Source: Utricularia gibba
Taxonomy: Eukaryota; Plantae; Magnoliophyta
Assembly: GCA_002189035.1 (NCBI GenBank)
Contig: NEEC01000026.1
Span: forward strand, 248,001 to 312,000
DNA length: 64,000 nucleotides
Direction of reading: 5' to 3'
Under the pieces are notes generated by a model that did no database searches, was not told the origin of the DNA, and saw only the letters and a list, made by a program, of their open reading frames with translations. The translations under genes were made by a program, and so were the position numbers. Shown here in pieces: positions 23,739-36,703 of the stretch. Positions within the stretch are counted from its first letter, which is position 1. Each line of letters starts with the position of its first letter.

Positions 23739-26700
23739 CTAGATGCTGATGTGGGGCCGAAAATGCAGGTCGCCGACGAAGTTTCTGGTGATCTGATCGA
23801 CGCAAGCCATACGTATTCGTTCGGGAGTCGCAGGATTGTCCAGAGGGAACCACTCGGTAAGGCCTTCTTCTGCCCTTGCTGCGATTATAGCGTCCTTTAT
23901 GGCGAAGAAAACACAAGCTGCCAGGAAAAACGGGGGCTCTCCCACAGCTTTGCTTGAGTGTATCGCCTTGGGATTAGGGGCTTCCTGTAATGAAAAAAGT
24001 CCCAACCTTCACTAGACTAGATGCTTTTTATATGGACATGTCCTTGCCAACGAAACGCAGAAGCAACGTAGTTACCTTTAGGAGGGAGACATTAAATTTG
24101 AAGGGGATGTCGTTGATGGAAGGGATTTTGTAAGTGCCAGGTCCACAGGTGAAAAGACCACCTGGTGCTATCCATCTGTGGGCAGAATCCCCCCATTTCA
24201 GTTCCTCAAGGGCTACCCAACCAAGACCTTGGACGAAGGCACCTTCAATCTGTGCACGGCCACCAGAATGAGTAGTGCTTAATAAACAAAGTGTGCCCAG
24301 AATTTGAAACTCAAACATTAACTAACCTGTCCGATGTCAATTGTGGGGTTCAGAGAAAATCCAAGATCCAAAATCACATCGGCTTGCCTTGTGTGAAAGT
24401 CTCCTGTCAATGTGTCAATCTCCACTTCAGCAAATGCAGCCCCCACAGTGAAGTACTTAAAGGGAGTTCCCTTGCCGGAATTCCAATCAAAACCAATGTC
24501 TGGTGTGATGTAAAATCCATGAGCAGAAAGGTCTATCCTCTCCATGTAGCATGCATTAGCTAGCTGAAATTCGAAGCAAAATACAGGATGTTAAAGGTAA
24601 ACACAACGATAACAAGGTCCGGCTAAAAACAAAAAATCATGACTACCTCAGCAAACGAGCTAAAATTGCACTTTTGTGCAATGGGTTCCATCCTTGCTTT
24701 TATTTGTTGACATGCATCCAAAACTGCTGCTCCATATAGGTCTGAACTTGCAGAAGCTGCTGTTGGAGAAGCATTCGGAACCTACATTTATAGCATCAGT
24801 GCGGACAATTAGAATATTTTACATACAAATATTACCAAGTTTCAAATAATGTGTGTAGATAGGTTTGGCAAATTAGTTGATGTGATAATGATACCGAAAG
24901 CCAGAAACTATATCCACCTTGTCAGTACTCGTCTCCGATATAAACACCGAGTTGAGTGGAATGTTGAAGCAAGAGGCAGCAACCTGTGCCACCTTTGTAT
25001 GCAAACCCTGCCCCATTTCGACACCACCATGTGTGACCAACACAGTTCCATCAGTGTAGACATGAACTAGAGCACCTGCCTGGAATCATTAAGATGATGA
25101 ATCATAGAAGTCGTTTCAGAATTTTCACAAAAAAAATTCTTACGTACAACAAGGGAAAAAAGGACTCCACACCACTTAATTTCAAGGAGGCATGTGATAG
25201 CCACAAAATACATTGGACAAACCTGATTCATGAATTTAGCAGTAAATGAGATGCCAAACTTTGTAGGGACAATGGAAATCCCACGCTTCTTCCAACGATT
25301 TTCAGAGTTGAAACATTCCACATCTTTTCGAACGGAAAAAAAATTGCTTGAATCTTTCAGTTCGTTCCAGAGTCTTTGCAATGTGAAGTGCTCGAGTTGT
25401 TGGCCATAATGCAATATTGAACCTTCCTTCTGAAAATTGATTTCCTGGTTTTGAAAGAGTACAATTTATTGGAAATGGTTATGAGACCAAATTTCAGAAG
25501 GCAGCATATATCTCAACATGGTAGGAAAATGGCAACCATGAAAAAGTACATACTCTAATCTCCTCCGGACATCTTCCCACTTCCATGGCTATTCTTTGAA
25601 TCCAATTTTCAGCAATTAGCATACCTTGTGGGCCACCAAAACCTCGGAAAGCAGTATTACTAGGCAGATTGGTGAAGCAAACCTTTCCCTTAATCCTCAG
25701 ATTAGGAATCTCATAAACGTTATCAGAATGGAATATGGCACGTTCAAGCACAGCTAGTGAAAGGTCGAGTGAGTTTCCCCCGTTGTTAAAGATCTCAAGA
25801 TCCAAAGCCAATACTTTTCCAACATTAGTAAAGCCAACCTGAAAGTACCATTTTATTCTGTGATAATGTCCTCAGATACTCAACATCCTAGTAAAAAAAT
25901 AAAATTGAATACTTTTCGACAAAAACTACACTATATATTTAGAAGTGTAAGTTCCGGATTAACCTTGTACTTTCCGAGAAATGCATGCCGTTGTCCAGTG
26001 ATCATCATATCCATATCTCTATCTAAAGTTATCCTTACAGGGCGCTTCAATAGGTACGAGGGGATGGCAGCAATAGCAGCTAGGAAAGCAGACCTAGTTT
26101 CTTTTCCTCCAAATCCTCCACCAATCCTTTTGGTCTTGCAAACCACTTTGGACATTGGAAGACCAAGAACATGAGCTACATATTTTTGGTGCTTTTGAGG
26201 GCCTGAGTGTAGGAAAAGACAGCGAGCGAGGTAATAAGTAACTACCAGATAAACATCCGAGCTTCAATTAATATACTTCCCTTTTTCTAAACATATTATA
26301 GATTTTGGTTTGAACGAGAAATACAACTGAGTCACTGTATTCAGACACTGAAAGTCAAATGCTTACCTGGGTGGAAGAGATCATATGGACTTCATTTCCA
26401 CCATCAACGGTCCATATTAGAGTGCTTTGAGGCTCCAGATAGAAGTGCTCCTGACCACCAACTTGAATCTCTCCCTCTATTATTTTATCACACTGATCTG
26501 ATAAGAAACAACCGTCAACATCCCTTTGCTTATAAGTTTTTCTGTGTTAGGATGGAAACTATCGAACTTTATAGCATCTTTAATGGTTAAAACTGCTGGG
26601 AGTTCTTCATAATGAATACAGACTTTTCGAGCAGCACATTTTGCATTCTCATGTGTATCACCAACTGCCACCCCAATAACCTGAATGCATTCTGGATCCA

Positions 26701-29582
26701 ATGAATACTCAAATAAAAAAAAAAAAATTGACCGCAAGTTTTTTACACAGTGAACAAACTATCACCATCTCATGTAACAAAAAAACAGACCAACCATATC
26801 GTGAATAATGGAAAAAAAATATACCTGACCCACACATGTGACAATTTCTGTAGCAAACAGTTCCTCATCTGAAACAATAGCACCAATCAGATTGTCTCCG
26901 GGTACATGCTTTGCATAAAAAATTCCTGCGATTCCAGGAGTCAACTTGGCTTCTGCATCATCTACAAAGAGTATGCGAGCATGAGGCTTTTTGCTTATTA
27001 TCAGGGCAGCATGTAACCCATTAGGAGGCATGGGAATATCATCTGTGTACTCAGCCTCACCTGTGACCTAACATAACGGAGCTATTTCAGACGAATTTCC
27101 AAATTTTTCTACCAAAAAAATATTTCCACAAGAAAGCACACCTGAAGTTTTGATGAAAGATGAACTTCTGGGTTTCCAACTGCACATCCTTGTTTCACGA
27201 TTTCAAAATCCTGATTTCCCTTAACTGAAGGGTGGTGGAATGGCTGTATTGCTGAAATATGAGACTTTGGTACTGTCCATAGCTGTCCCTCCATTTGCTG
27301 ACAAATCCACATGAAAAACTTAAAGAAAAAGCTAAGGATCAAGGACCTCCGAAATTCCACCATCCCACCAGGGGCATCTTCCTTTATTACAATGTCTTCT
27401 GCTAATACCTTCAATGCACCATCCAACAAGTCCTTGTCCCACACTTTCCCTATCAGGAATTCTCTTGTTTTATTTGCAGAAATAGAATATGGGGCAACTC
27501 CGCCATACACAATACAAGCGTCAGAAACAACCCGTTTGTTATCTATCTCACCAATATGTACACGCATGCCTGCATTCACCAGTGCAATATCATCATCCCT
27601 TCGATGGGCTTGCTTAAATTCCTTCATAAATTCATAAGGCTGGCACCAGGGGAGAAATACAGAAAGAAGGATCTCATTACTAGCAAGGTCCACTTTACGG
27701 TAGCCAAGAAAAAACTTCTCAGCTGGGCATATCCTTGTTTTTCCTTTACAGTCAGATATTTGAAACTTGGCTCCAGTGGCCATCCATAGAGGGTTCAGAT
27801 CGGATATAGGACTTGCTGTGCATATATTTCCACCAACAGAAGCAACATTTCGTATTTGTGTGCCAGCAAACCATTTTAATTGTTCAAGTATGGCTCTACA
27901 TGAAGATGTCTGAGAAGATGGCCGCTCATCCACAAGCATTTTTAGTACTCTTTCTAGACATGAAAGTTTAACTGCAGCTCCAATTTCCAATCCTTCATCT
28001 TTAAGAGTCAATAGATTGAGTTCTGGCACACGAGCGACATGGATAAGAACTTGGTAATGGAAGTTTTTTAGCCTCGTCTCAACACCAACTTCACTGTTAC
28101 CAACAACCAACTTTGCATTTGGATATCTTCCCTTTATATCCAGAACATCCTGAAGATTTAAAGGGCGATACCACTTAAGGCCATTAGACCCCTTTAAACT
28201 TAAGCGAGTTATTTTTCTGAGTTGAAGTTCAGGAGGGAAGATAAGCTCTTTCTCTGCATATAAAGCTCCATCGATGTCATTGTAGGAGATTTGTTTGAAC
28301 CTTTCATCAGTGCAGTTGCGTCTTTTTATTGTGCCTTCATTGCACTTTAGATTCTCTCCACAGGAACATGGTTTACCAGTTGAAGGGCAAACAAACTGAC
28401 CTTCCAACAGGCTTGATGAGTCATCGATGTACAAAGCATCATACCTTCTTGAAAATGCGCTAAATGCATCAACTATAGGTCTATAACCTGTGCATCGACA
28501 TAGGTTACCTGCAAGGTTCTCTTCAATCTCCGCTTTTGTAGGCAGCTGCTTGGATGATCTCAGCAAAGTGTACATCGACATAATAAAACCAGGCGTGCAG
28601 AAACCACATTGTGACCCATGAGACATTGCCAAGGATTCCTACCGTGTAAAGATATGTCAGAGTAAAGGGAAACCAGCGATAAATTCCATTTAGAGATTCT
28701 TCACAAATCTATGGCTCAGAGTATCGTCATAAATTTAACAAAGGCAAGAAGTAAGATGCGTTGATACCTGGATTGGGTGCAATCCATTTCTACGACTCCC
28801 TATGCCCTCTACCGTAATGACATGCATTCCTTCCACAGAGTATAACGGAGCTAAGCATGCATTGACAGAAGTATGCCTGCGAAAGTTATGAACCACAAAT
28901 GAACAGCTGTTAAACTGGCTTGTTAATTGTACAACGAAAACTTAATAACAGGATACTTCCCTAAATCAAAAGAATTCGGATAAGATACAAATAATTACCA
29001 AGCCTTCAATAAATTAAGATTGTGTGATTATGGAGAGGCTCAAACTCACACGCATTTCTTCAGAGTTGGGTCAAAACAAGAAACCATAACAGTGCACGCT
29101 CCACATCCTCCCTCGCCACATCCGAGTTTTGTGCCGGTAAGGCCTATATCTGCAGGATGATTCAGAAATTGGTGATGCAACGGAACAAAACCTTCAACCC
29201 AACGATAGTAAACAAAAATGTCCACCCTGTCACCAAAAAAGAAAGAGAGCACAAAAGCTATGCTTTCATGACCTCAGGTGAACTGAATAAATAACAACAC
29301 TAGTGCCTCAGTGTAGTGCAAGAAAGTATCTTCATCCATCTGTTCAAATATAGTATAGATATACTCAAAACCACGCCGGCTCACTCCAAAGGCAGAAAAA
29401 AGATACAGAACGAATAGTCCCTCAATGGACAAGATTCGTTTACCTCTGAGATACTCGAGAAGAGTCATATGGGCCAATCCGTCAGGCAAGACTCGACGAA
29501 CCCCGTTCACATAAACAATTGGCTCAACCGACTGAAGTCCTGGAGTCATCTCGACTTCATTCTCCGCATCCAACGACCCCAT
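23739..29582 (-). CDS. XDH1: Xanthine dehydrogenase, 14 exons, ~1367 aa after restoring two single-base deletions
   Basis: Exons 29582-29444, 29149-29050, 28876-28768, 28638-27142, 27067-26825, 26680-26367, 26202-25964, 25838-25554, 25444-25223, 25079-24918, 24781-24647, 24563-24327, 24249-24076, 23984-23739, all GT-AG. 2Fe-2S motifs [16 protein letters not shown] and SQCGFC, FAD domain, and Moco motifs [31 protein letters not shown]. -1 shifts at 26522-26524 and 26199-26201. Confidence 0.96.
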
Positions 29583-30313
29583 CTTCCCTCAATCTCCTTG
29601 CTCAATACCCTCGAGAGAATAGCGATCAGTAGAGGCAGCCAATAATTTCCAGCGTTCTCGAATAAAATACCCAATTCGCAGATAAGCCACCGCGATGAGG
29701 CACTTCTGGAAAGAACAACTCCGGTGTCCCTCGCCTCAAAGCTTAATATTTCACTGATCTGGACTTCAATTGACATTTTGATCATATCTGGAGGGGAACC
29801 CGGTCGGTCCAAGCCTAATCTCGTTGATGGGGACTTCCGTTTACACACGTCATTCAGGAGAGGGGGGGAGGGGGGGTCTCCATCCTTCTCGGTTGTCACG
29901 AGGCGACAGCAAAAATAGAAAGGAGGCCCGTGTACTCCAATAGTTATCAATCTCAAGGGGAGCGGTGGGCCGCTGCCGCCGATGCGCTGCTTATCTTTTC
30001 CGGGAATAGAGAGATGCCATTAACGGATGATCAGACCACCGGAATTTACGATGCATTAGCACTAACCAATGAATTTGAATATACAAGCAATGAATGATGA
30101 TCAATTTAACATACATCAGGATGCGCTCCCCTCGCCATACACATCATGCACACATGGGCTGGATCCACATTTCACAGACAAATCCTTTAACAAGCTAACC
30201 AGTGCTGTTCTGCCGATCGCCATTCAACAATAAATCCAACAGCTTCATAATATGGCTTCCGTTGCTTCTCTGGCCTGCCACATGCTCCCCTCCCTAACCA
30301 TCAAATCAGACAA

Positions 30314-31831
30314 TCATGTGAGTGGTTGAGATGGCCAGAAGCGCTTCCAGGCAGCGATTTCTTCATCACTCCCAAGTTTTCGAATGCCTCCGTAGAATCC
30401 ACTTGTTTCATCCCCCGCCTCCTCGTGCTCCCTCCGGTTCATCTCCATCCTCTGCCAGCGCGAGCCACTGCTGTAATGGTTGAACTCCAGGATAACAGTC
30501 TCTGCGCCGCAGGTTACCGTATTGAGTGCAGAGGAGGAAGAAAAGGGTCATCTTGATAAAATGAATGAGCAGCGTCACCCTTGTCGCGGCATATGCAGTG
30601 GAGGGAAGCACTTCCTCCGCACGACTCCAAGTGACCCACAACGCCATACCACCAACCTGCAATGATACAACGGGGGAATGCAGCAATCAAAAAGGTTAAT
30701 AAACAGACCAGAGAGTTTGCAAAATACCGTAGGGGAATTCCTTGCTTCTCCTCCATTGAATTTCAATGTGATCACCAGGTTGCAATTCCTTCAAACAGTC
30801 AGAGATATGAAGATCATGAGGGCAAGTATCAACCGGAGGAGCTCTAACTCTATCCCATGTCACCCCTGTCTCGACGGTGCTCGTTTTCCATCCGTGCGGC
30901 AGATATCTGTTCAACTTATCATGTTTTCTCTCGTGAAGTAGTGGACTGGCGAATGTAGTTAAAAACACACCCACACACACGAAAAAAGCTTGCATCTTCA
31001 GTTTGTAGTCACCTGGCATGAAATGTGTCTGTACCCCGATCATATCTAAGCTCAGCATCATAGCATGATAACAAGAACCCAACATGGCCATTCTACAGTT
31101 CATCGGTAAGAAACAACAATCAGAGCCTTTTTCTTTTTTTTTTTTTGCAAAGATGGTACACAAAACGTATATACCTCTCGGTTATAGACCTGTGCAGGAA
31201 ACCAAAACTTTCCAGACTCAAGACCCAAATACCAAGACTTGAGTGAATAATCAGCATGAGAAAATTTCTTTCTCTTGTTAATACAGCAGAAGCTTGATCT
31301 TATCCACAAAAGAGGCCACAGATGGGTAAACAAGCCCATGAAACTGCTCTCCTTGTCTTGATTCGAGTGTACACAACCTTTTCTTGATGCAATACACACG
31401 AGCCATTTCCGATAGGAAATTGGACCGACAACTCTTCCCCATTTCTTCATGTGCTTCTCCCACAGATGATCACTCTGACACCTGTCTCTCAAAGAGGTGC
31501 AAACTTGAGCCATTTTACAGAGCCCATCGGGAGGAAGCTTCTCAAGAATGGATTCCAACACAAGCTCAGGCAAATCCAGAAGCATTATTTCTGAATTTCC
31601 TTCAATTATATCAACACTATACTTCTTCTTAGCTAACACCACTCTACTAGAAAGTGAAAAGGGCTTCCCTGATTTCCTTCCCATACTTGATACGACAAGA
31701 ACTGCAAAATCATTCCAGAGCCTGGACACCAGCCTCACTCCATGAACGAAGACAGGGTGTGGGTTGACAGAAAGAGTCTTATAGAAGAAGATGAAGGAGA
31801 AGCAGCAAGTGATGAATGTCAAGAAAATCAT
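30314..31831 (-). CDS. F-box protein, At2g26850/At2g32560-like; 5 exons, 393 aa
   Basis: Exons 31831-31175, 31092-31013, 30906-30728, 30656-30579, 30501-30314 (1182 nt in frame). F-box [18 protein letters not shown]...LWEKH; family motifs [53 protein letters not shown]. Confidence 0.9.
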
Positions 31832-32518
31832 TTCATTTGACAGCCCAATTACTCAGATGTCTTATATTATTGAAAAGTATATAAAATAACTCAAGAACAC
31901 CAATAATGGAAGAAGCAATAATTCCCCACTCTCCCTACCTAAAAAGAGGTAAAGGGTCTTCACATCACGATCAAGGCAAAATTGCGTGACCTTCTGACTA
32001 TGACGAAGCCCACCAATTCAAATGGTGGACCTCGCCGAAAGCTCTGACGATTTCACCCGACAAGGAAACCTAATCCCTGACTTGTGTATAGGGTAAGACT
32101 GACGTGGGAGCAGAATCTGGGGGAAGCAGACGGCTATTTGGGAGCAGGATCCCACACCAACATACGGCCGAGGGAAACTGCCAAGAACACAACTTTGGGC
32201 CACAAGGGTGAATACACGAAATCTGAAACTACTGTTTAGCAGCTTCAACCTATGAAAGTGGGTGGAAGAAAACCGGCAGAACTAACTCGTTCTGGCAGCT
32301 CTTCGCAGTCTTCCTCCACCCACGGAAACTCCTCGTCGTTTCCCCTCTGAGAAAAGAAAAGAAAACACGAAACAGATTTCCCTTCCGTACAGTAGGCAGC
32401 TCTGTTCCCTGTTTTCCGTCGTTCATCCGCAGCCGTCAAACATTATTCGTTGGGAGCCAAGCCCGGGCTTCCATCGGAATCGCGAAGCTAAATTTAAAAA
32501 ATCTAATAAAAGCGTGAC

Positions 32519-32540
32519 AGGCCCAGGCCCAGGCCCAATC
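32519..32540. promoter_or_regulatory. Tandem site II-like (GGCCCA) cluster upstream of the F-box gene
   Basis: caggcccaggcccaggcccaat contains three GGCCCA copies, in the short gap between the CIPK stop and the F-box leader. Confidence 0.5.
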
Positions 32541-32771
32541 TGTACCCGACGCACTAAACCTATCCGTTGGATGCAATGACGTTAGTTTCAGAACACCGAA
32601 GGAGCAGTTGAGACCAAGAAAAATTAGTTCCGTCGGTCTGTGCAGACTGCACATCTTTGTTTGTCATTATTGCAAATTACTGTGCTGTGCAGCGCCCGGC
32701 TCTTATGGATAGCTCTCGTCTTGGTACAACAACAAAAACTCAGCACCAAGTGCAGCAGTAGGCATTCTTAA

Positions 32772-35508
32772 TTACTTGCTCTCATGCATGTCATCCTCAG
32801 TTTTCCAGACCACATCTTCCAGGCAAGTCGATAGGCTTTTGTAGAACTGGCACAGCAGCAGGAGCAGCAGCATCAAGTGTTCTGTCGGAGAAACAAAAAG
32901 ATGGAAGGAAGGACTTTTGGGGGTTACCTTGTGGAACTCTAGTGTATCGCCCTTGGCCTTTCTGACCTCGACCATGTGTAGGGCAGGGGCAACTTGAAAT
33001 ACCTGAGTATGGACGCATAGTTTCAGAGTTCAAGTCAAGGAGCGAGCATATAACAAAAACTTAGTTACTCGATGGACGGAAATGTGTACCTCAGTGGCTA
33101 TTTTAAGGTTGCCTTTTCTCCCAGCTTTCACATTTTCAAGTCTCATCTGGGAAAATTCGATGGCATGTTATGGAATTCAAGGAAACAAGAGGCGCTTGTA
33201 AGCATTTGGCGTTACCTTGTAGTTCTTCTTTTGAACGTCAAAACCAAGAGGTTTTGCTGCTTGCTCGATTTTAGTGATGATCTCATTAGCTGGTGATTTT
33301 GATGTGAACCTTGTCTCTCTCTTATATCCCTGTACAAAGCATCAATTGAAATGGTCAACGCCAGGCTAAGTAAGTGTTACGTCAAATAGTCTGAAGAAGG
33401 AAGGAAAGGAACGAGGAAAAAGTAGGAACCTTCTCAGCATCGAACAGATTCCCAAGATTGAGACCGTTTGACATTGAAATGAGTTCGAAGGCATTCATTG
33501 GAGCTGGCTGATCCTCGGTGCCCTCTGTTATATGATGCTCCTGCATATTGACAAGTTTACACTACCTATTTACATCACCCACATTGTGTACAGTGGCTTT
33601 CTAGAGAGGCAGACCTCTGAATCCTTGAATACGGCCTCCACATCATCCGCATTGCTATTATCCTTCTCATCAAACACAGGCGGTTTGTAGTCCTTTCTGA
33701 ACCACTCATCCTCCAATATTTGAGCAAGACTAATTCTCTGTACAATTCCCAGTAAAAGACTAATGTTTGAACTTCATCATTGTATGGATGGATATTGAGG
33801 GGTAAGAAATCGTACCATCTCTGGATTCGGCTCCAAAATTCGAATAATCAATCTCATGGCACCATAGGAAATCCAAGGAGGGCAAGCGAATTCAGCATTT
33901 GATATCTGGCAGGCATTATGAATGGATAGCAGCATGTGAGTAGTGTTCATGTTTAATGACGAAAATTCCAGACTGCTCAAGATGCTCACCTTTCTATATA
34001 GGGCCACAAGATTAGGATCGTCGAAAGGCAAGTATCCAGCCAGCAATACAAAGAGAATGACTCCGCAAGACCACAAATCAGCTGTTGCTCCATCGTAGCC
34101 TTCATCATTTAGGACCTATCCAGATTTGCAAGTTTGACAACCAGGTAAAAACAAAGGAAGGGATTGAAGCTCCCACATACCTCCGGCGCAACATAGTTTG
34201 GAGTACCACATGCGGTATGCAACAAACCATCATCCTGAAAGATGGGAGTTAATTTTTTCACAGTTGACGCCAAGATTAGAGGAAAACTGCGTCTCACTTT
34301 TAGAGCCTGATATTTACCCCCACTTGCTGTGACAGGGCACTTAACCCAAAATCAGAGATCTTGAGGTTTCCAGAAGCATCCAGAAGCAGGTTCTCTGGCT
34401 GCATTAGCAAAGAATGTACACTAAGGACCTTTTCCACCTGAAATTAAAACATATCAGTTCGCTGTTTAATGTCAAGCCCAGAAATCTACCTTCAGATCTC
34501 TGTGGAAGACACCCCTGCTATGGCAATAATCAACAGCATTTATGAGCTGTTGAAAGTACTTTCTTGCTTCATCTTCTGACATCCTTCCGTGATTTACCTT
34601 TATAAAACACATCAAAAACTGAATGATCAGAAAAAGAATCGACCAGGCATCATCCCCTTAAAACACACATACGCCAACACATGAAAATGAAGGGGCAATG
34701 CTCTGCAAGGCACATTCACAACCAGTGGGAGTTCTGAACGCTAATATTTGTCAGCATGAATTAAAAGATTGCCAACTTACAATCTTATCGAAGAGTTCCC
34801 ACCAGTGACAAACTCTAACACAATATATATCTTCGACTTGCTTGCCAAAACCTGAGGAAAAAATTAAAAAAAAAATGTATACGAAAGAGTAGAGAAGCAG
34901 GAATAGCACATGACTTCCAGTCATTCTCATCCAGAAGGAGATTCTCCGTCAGCTTATTCCATATATGCAGCAAAAAAAAAAAAAGGTTGTTGCATAGGAA
35001 AGCAGCTCAGTTGCCCTTCAAACACTCACACATTCAAGTTATGAGTGCATAGGAAAGGAGAATAGACCTCGAATATGCGGACAACATTGGGATGTTTAAC
35101 TAACTTCATAGTAGATATCTCCCGCTTAATCTGCCATGAAGTATCAATGTTTGGTATTGACAGTTGAAGTTGAAATAAGACATCAAAATGGGAAGCTAAA
35201 CACAACGGAAAACAGGAGCACTAACTAAAGGTAAAGTTGAGAAAAGGTCACAAACAGAATAGGTGCTTAGGTATTAGAATCTCTCACAGGATCCCCATTT
35301 ACTAAAAGGTCAGGAAAGTGGAAAAACGGATTGGTACCTGTTCAGCCATTTTGTGCTTCAGAACCTTGTCTTTGTCAAGAATCTTGATAGCCACCGGTTG
35401 TCCAGTCTCAGAATTTTTAGCAAATTTCACTTTTGCGAATGTGCCCTCTCCAATTGTCCTTCCAAACACATACTTACCTATCCGCCGCTTAGTTTTAGAC
35501 GGATGCAT
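32772..35508 (-). CDS. CIPK: CBL-interacting protein kinase, intron-rich CIPK3/CIPK26-like clade; 14 exons, ~439 aa after restoring one base
   Basis: Exons 35508-35338, 35130-35068, 34851-34781, 34597-34490, 34398-34318, 34234-34181, 34115-33990, 33905-33816, 33737-33615, 33540-33430, 33329-33216, 33146-33090, 33002-32928, 32846-32772. Motifs [32 protein letters not shown] and NAF domain PMNAFELI. -1 shift at 34798-34800. Confidence 0.95.
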
Positions 35509-35749
35509 TTCCGAATGACGTAGGTAGATTCTGCAACTTGGAGCCTTCTAAAACCTCCTGCATAAAAACCACCATTACTCTCTAAGGACCGTACAAGTTC
35601 ATCCACAGAAGAAAGCTTTCGAACCACAAAAGACCCGGATAAATGTAACAGATTAGAAAAATACGAGTTTACCTTTACGTTCCAGCTTTTCCTCAGCGAA
35701 CTGGCACCAAATCCCGGTACCAAGCTCCAAGCTCACTGATCGAGAGCCG

Positions 35750-35766
35750 GAGAGAGAGAGAGAGAG
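35750..35766. repeat. (GA)n tract in the CIPK 5' leader region
   Basis: gagagagagagagagag read directly. Confidence 0.85.
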
Positions 35767-36703
35767 GGAGAAGGCGAAGAGATGGATAACTCAACGCCAC
35801 AAACAGAATCCCAGAACTCTCACATGCAGACAGTGGTTTATTCGTACAATAAAGATAACGGAGAAAGAGGTATGATACACCAGATTGTCAAAGGGATTCC
35901 ATAAATAGCGCACTCATATTCGCAAGAGGACGCCGAGTCCGCACACAGGATTCCTGTACCTGACAGACGTAGGAAGATGAGTGGAAATTGCCCAGAAAGC
36001 GATGGAAGCTAAAAGATGACGCCGCGCGGTGGAAGTTTGGACCTGCCTCGTTCGTCATAAGACATTTGAAAAAGCGCCGGTGTTTCAACAGGAGACGTGC
36101 GTCGGCGGCCCCGGCCAGGCACACCTGGCTTCCAGACATCATCATGCATACGTCTCTTTAACAACTCCATTTCCATGAGTAGACAAATCCACCACCTAAT
36201 CATCACTGATATGAACTAACACACCATGCTCCCTCACAGCTTCCATAAGCTTGGATTGATTTTAAATTAATTGCGAGTTGCGGCGTTGGTCTACCTGTCT
36301 GTCTGTCTCTGCTTTCTTCCCCAGCCGGAGCCGGAGCCCATGAAGGGAAGGTAACCCCCGCCCGCCCCGACCCGTGCCCGCTGTCAAACGAACGGGGCGG
36401 AGCGGACCCTGGAGTTTGATTTGGTGTTTGGTTTCTGGGTGTCGGATGTCCATTTCTCTGCAACTCGCGCTCCGGGCGAATGAGAAGGAGAATGCCTGCC
36501 TCATGCGTCTTGGGTTTTTGGACTTGACTTTGGATAAAATCACAACTGAGGCGGGGCGCGGACACCTGGCGACAGTATTCCCACCTTCCCTCCCAGGGGC
36601 GAAACAAAACTGCACCCTGTTTCCCCCTAGCCCTAATTTCAAAGCCGGTGCTTGGTGGTGGCTGGGTTTGTTTCTTTTAGCACTCCGATTCTTCGATTTG
36701 TAT

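Noticed and set aside
9672-29582. Biosynthetic gene cluster (SDR plus XDH oxidoreductase)
   Set aside because: XDH is a canonical purine-catabolism enzyme with all XDH-specific residues, its neighbours are signalling or housekeeping genes, and no scaffold-forming enzyme is present.
36374-36703. The 742-aa ORF's 110-aa N-terminal extension
   Set aside because: It starts at GTG, shows no family similarity, and overlaps a predicted GT-AG leader intron.
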